Positions 59,320 through 64,000 of a stretch of DNA of 64,000 bases are shown in pieces. This DNA comes from the human T2T-CHM13v2.0 reference genome, Homo sapiens: the NCBI RefSeq assembly GCF_009914755.1, contig NC_060946.1; one strand, written 5' to 3'. Each line of letters opens with the position of its first letter. Position 1 is the stretch's first letter. The notes below the pieces were generated by a model. That model did not search any database. It was given only the letters and a program-made list of their open reading frames with translations, and was not told where the DNA came from. Made by a program: the position numbers and the translations under genes.

Positions 59320-59723
59320 GGCTGCACAGGCCATATCAGAAGCTGCATGGCTGGACCTGGGTTACCAATGCTCTAGCCCAACACTGGACAAGGGCGTGCT
59401 CTGGAAGGATGTTTGGTGCAGCAGTGGACAGTGTGGCTAAGTGGTCAAAGCACCGACCCAGGCAGCCTGGGCCCTTTCCTTACTCTCCTGGCCCCGTGAT
59501 GGGTGCTCTCATCTGGGAATGGGATGCTGTTTGCACCTCCCTCCCAGGGAGGTGCAGAGGAAGAAGCCAGGGGGCCCATGTAACATCCTTAGAATGGGGC
59601 CTGTTCCACGGCAGGGGCTCAACAGCATCGACGTTGAAAGCAAATCTCTGCACTTGGACCCCAAATTGGCCTCAGCATGACTGGAGAGAAATGGGAAGGA
59701 AGCCTGCATGGAGGGAAGCCTGC

Positions 59724-60440
59724 TGTGTTAAGCTGGTTTTTGTGTTGCTATAAAGGAATACCTGGCCGGGTGGGTGGCTCATGCCTGTAATCCCAGCACT
59801 TTAGGAGGCCGAGGCAGGTGGATCATCTGATGTCAGGAGTTCAAGACCAACCTGGCTAACATGGTGAAACTCCGTCTCTACTAAAAATACAAAAAAAAAA
59901 AAAAATTTGCTGGGTGTGGTGACATGCACTTGTAATTCCAGCTACTCAGGAGGCTGAGGCAGGAGAATCACTTGAACCTGGGAGGCAGAAGTTGCAGGGA
60001 GCTGAGACTGCGCCGCTGCACTCCAGCATGTGCAACAGAGTGAGACTACCTCTCAAAAGAAAAAAAGGAATACCAGAGGCTGAGTAATCTGTAAAAAAAA
60101 AAAAAGAGAGATTTATTTGTCTCACGATTCTGCAGATTGTACAGGAAACATGGCGCCCGCACCTGTTCCTGGTGAGGCCTCAGGAAGCTTCCAATCATGA
60201 TGGGAGAGGACAGAGAGCAGGTGTCTCACATGGGGACAGAGGAAGCAAGACAGTGGCCGGGGGAGATGCCACACCCTTTTAAACAACCAGATCTCACAGG
60301 ACCTCAGAGCACAAACTCACTCAGTACCTCAAGGATGGCACCAAGCCATTCATGAGGGATCCCCCTATGACCCAAATAGTTCCCAAAAGGCCCCACCTCC
60401 AACATTGGAGGTCACATTTCAACATGAGATTTGGAGGGGA
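59724..60440 (-). mobile_element. MSTB/MSTA-type LTR interrupted by Alu
   Basis: 'tgttgctataaaggaatacc', 'ctcacgattctgcagattgtacaggaa', 'ccccacctccaacattggaggtcacatttcaacatgagatttggagggg'. Confidence 0.9.
59764..60066 (+). mobile_element. AluS
   Basis: TSD aaaggaatacc. Confidence 0.95.
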
Positions 60441-60867
60441 CAAACATCCAAGCCTTATCACCTGCCGTGTTTCCAGGCTGGGGAGAGATGTGGCTGTCTG
60501 TGGGGTTCAGTAGACCCTGGGGTTGTTGGGGTGAAGGGACGTCCCCTGGGAGGAGGGGTCATTGGCTGCGCCCCGGCCAGGCCAGCCCAGGTTAAGTGAC
60601 AGACACTATCTGACTCAGCATTTAGAGGGGAGCCAGTAGGCTAGTGAGAGGTGAGGAAACCAAGTCAGGCCTGTGAGTGTTGGCGGAGCTGGGGAGAAAA
60701 GTCTGGGGACAGAACCACTGGGTTCAAAGAACAAGGATGCTCTGGTCCAAAGTCAGGGCCTCAGATCACACACTGGGGGCAGCCGTTCAAACTAGAGAAG
60801 AGCTTGGGTCCACACTGCCCTGCCATGGAGAGAGTTGCCCCAAAGCTTCATGTTCATGCTGTTGGGC

Positions 60868-61065
60868 CTGGTGCAGTGGTCAAGAGTGTGGCGTCTGGAA
60901 CCAGACCCCCGAGATGTAATCCCACTCCACCATACAGCACCAATTAGACCTTGGGTAGTTTAGCCAAAGCCTGTGAGCCTCCGTTTCTCGTCTCAAAATA
61001 AGGTTGTTGTGAAGATTTCATGAGGTAATCCATGCAAGGCTGTTGTCATAGTGCCCAGTCCATTT
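60868..61065 (+). mobile_element. MIR SINE
   Basis: 'gtgcagtggtcaagagtgtggcgtctggaaccagac..gaccttggg..gagcctccgtttctcgtct..ggttgttgtgaagatt'. Confidence 0.75.
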
Positions 61066-61831
61066 TAAGCCCAAGTCGGCAATTTTGCATTCAGGTGGAG
61101 ACTGCCAGTCACCTGCCAGGAAACCTTGGCAGGTGGTTCCTGTAACAGTGTGGGAGAGTCAGGCTCCAAGCCCTTCCAGCTCTGATGTTACAAGAAGCTA
61201 CAGGCCCCAATGGCAGCTTCAAAGCATGTTCTCACATTTCCTCTCCTAAAAATGTCAAAAAAGAGTCAGTCTGCAGGGTTTTCAGGGGAAATGGACGTGG
61301 ACCGTGCGGTCTTACCTGGTGATAACACATTGTAGATTTGGCCCAAATGGTCCTGTGCCTTGCACCCTCTGGACGCACGGTGGTTTCTGGAAGGACTCCC
61401 CATCTTGCTTTCCCTCCGCTGCATCTGAGTCAGGTGGGACTGTTGCCTGCTGCCCGCTTACATGATGGCACCTGGCTCCTACCTGGGCTCTCGTCGTTTG
61501 TTTCTTCAAAGGCTTCCAGAAAGATCTTTCCACATCTCAACTCTGATCAAGTCACTCCCTGCTCAGCAGCCCTTGCTGGGCCTCTCCCATCTGGGAGTCA
61601 AGGCCCATGCGTCTGCTCCCGCCTTTTCAGCTTAGCCTGGGAGTGCCTTCCTCGTGCTCCAGACAACACGCTCACTCTCTCCCAATTCCAAAAGTCCAGA
61701 CACACCCAGAGCTTTCCGGACCCCTGGCTTCTACTTACAGAGTTGTCTCCACTCTTGAAGGCCCAACATAAGCATCAACTCCCTCACAAACATTTTGGAA
61801 TCTAAACCTCCCTCCCACAATTTACCTCTGA

Positions 61832-62191
<360 letters not shown>

Positions 62192-62784
62192 CTCATTGAT
62201 CTGTATTTGCAAACCTCAGAGCATTTGTTTCACTTGCCTGGCGTCAGCCTGCGTGTGCAAAGCGGTCCCCTGGGATACCCATCTGTCTTCTCTGCATCTC
62301 TTCTTGAGCCTGAAATATGCCTCTTGCCTGCAAAGATTCAGTACACATTTGCTGGATAGAATCAGGTCATTTCCTTTCCCTCTTGTTAGATGATGAGGGC
62401 CCTGACTGCAAGAAGTGTGTCTGCTGCTTCTCCTACTTCCCCCAATGTGTTTCTGGGATGAAGACAAGTGACAAATCAAAACTAATAACACATAGTTACC
62501 ATTATCAGGCACCCAAAGGCTTCACATATGCTAGCCCCGGCTATTCAGCCAGCCAGTGGGTAGGTACTGTGGTTCCCATTTTATGGCTGTGGAGGGTGAG
62601 TGGCCACCCATTTCTGCTGCTTTCCCCTGATCAAAGAGCCCATGAATGTGGGTTGATTCACTGAGGCAAATCCAGATATGCTTGGCCTCATGTCCTGTGT
62701 TCTTTCCACGACTCGTCATTGGCACTCGCAAGGAAACCAGGCCCCAGCCACTGCCCAGGAGCTCTGCTGGGTGCCGAGTGGGGC

Positions 62785-62900
62785 TTTGCCAGCGAGATAC
62801 ACAAGACTTGTGTCTACTTGGTTCATAGCTGTGTCCCCATGGTCTGGTCCAGGCTTGGCACCGAGTAGGTCGTTAATAAATATTTTAAAATGAATAAATA
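62785..62900 (+). mobile_element. L2 3' end
   Basis: 'tgtgtctacttggttcatagctgtgtcccca..ttggcaccgagtaggtcgttaataaatatttt..tgaataaat'. Confidence 0.7.
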
Positions 62901-63745
62901 GGCAGCAGAGAGCTCAAGCAGGGATGAGCAAGAATAGCGAGTTAGCATGAAGAATGAAATGAAAACCCCATGAGTCTGAAGTGCAGAGGTTTTAAAATGC
63001 ACAGCCCTCAATGGGAAGCACTGACTCGTCACAGAAGTACAACAAAAAAAAAAAATCTGGGCAATGCCGAGGCAGGAAAAACCATTTAGCATGAAATAGG
63101 AAGGGAGGAGGAACTAGCAGCAGGCATTGCACAGAAAGGAAGGAAGGGGTGAATTTATAGGAAACCCAACTGCATTATCCTGAAAGAAAGCATGGACAAT
63201 TTCAGAAACGCCCAAGGCACTTCCACTCTGGATATTTACGGAGGAGGCAGGGACGTCCCTCCCAGGCAGAGCATCGGGAACAAGCCTGGGGGACTGTGCG
63301 GAGAGAGAAGATACCTGGCTCCAGCCTTTGGCCTCTGTGAACCTTGATTTCATGAGGGCGCCCAGAGCCAGCAACTGCTGTAGCCACAAACCCTTACACT
63401 AATTCCACAATAAGACAGAGATAATTGCCACAAACACACCTGTATCTGTCATTCTCCGCCGTGCTCAGGGGTTCCTGAAGCTCTCTGTTGTCATTAAAGA
63501 CAGCTCAGCGTCCAGTTGCTCAGAAATATACACGGGCCCTTCTGAGCGGAGCAGAGTGGAGCTGCCGGGCTCCCGGTCCCTGGCCGGCTGGAGACAGCAC
63601 ATCCAGTCTCACTCCATATTTCTGCTTATTTTCTCTCTCTTCCTGTACTCCCTTTCCCAGGACAAGCTCCGCGGCCAGGAGTCTGTCTTGATTGATGGCA
63701 TTTTACCTGGACCTCTCTTCTGCGGTTTTCTCCCTGATACTAGAA

Positions 63746-64000
63746 ATGTGTGTGTGAGATTGTGTATACCTGTGTGGTTGTGTTATGTGGGTGTGTGCAA
63801 GTGTGGGTGTGTGCATGTGTGTGTGTCTGTGAGTGTATGTGTGAGAATGGGTGTGCGTGTGTGTGCATGTGAGAGTATGTAAATGTGAGTGTGAATGTAT
63901 GTGTGAGTGTATGTGAATGTGAGTGAAAATGTGTGATTATGTGTGTGTATGTGTGTGGGGTGTCTATGAGTGTGAGTGTGTGTGAATGTGAATGCATGCA
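63746..64000. repeat. Degenerate (TG)n-rich repeat running off the window end
   Basis: Direct inspection. Confidence 0.95.

Overview
Primate (human-like) non-coding genomic DNA dominated by interspersed repeats, with no supportable intact protein-coding gene, RNA gene or CRISPR array. It holds about 25 Alu copies or fragments, several old L1 elements (one nearly full length, ~14.8-24.1 kb), L2/MIR relics and MaLR/ERVL LTRs (including a two-LTR MLT1D-type element with internal region). DNA transposon fossils include MER47, MER30, MADE2, Tigger3a, MER104-like and a long fragmented hAT-Blackjack, and there are several tandem repeats. The only cellular-gene-derived sequence recognised is a frameshifted, 3'-truncated processed RPL10 pseudogene (21535-21801, minus) nested in the long L1. 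The ORF track is essentially Alu, L1 and simple-repeat noise. I found no evidence of a novel biological system. The most interesting observations are structural: an inversion bounded by an inverted duplication inside an L1 (49.6-50.7 kb), an L1 5' inversion with twin-priming geometry, a fused inverted Alu pair, a palindromic micro-array inside an LTR, an E-box-rich ~84-bp minisatellite, and candidate plus-strand splice sites that may belong to a lncRNA. Repeat family names come from my recall of consensus sequences, not from a search, and boundaries are approximate.
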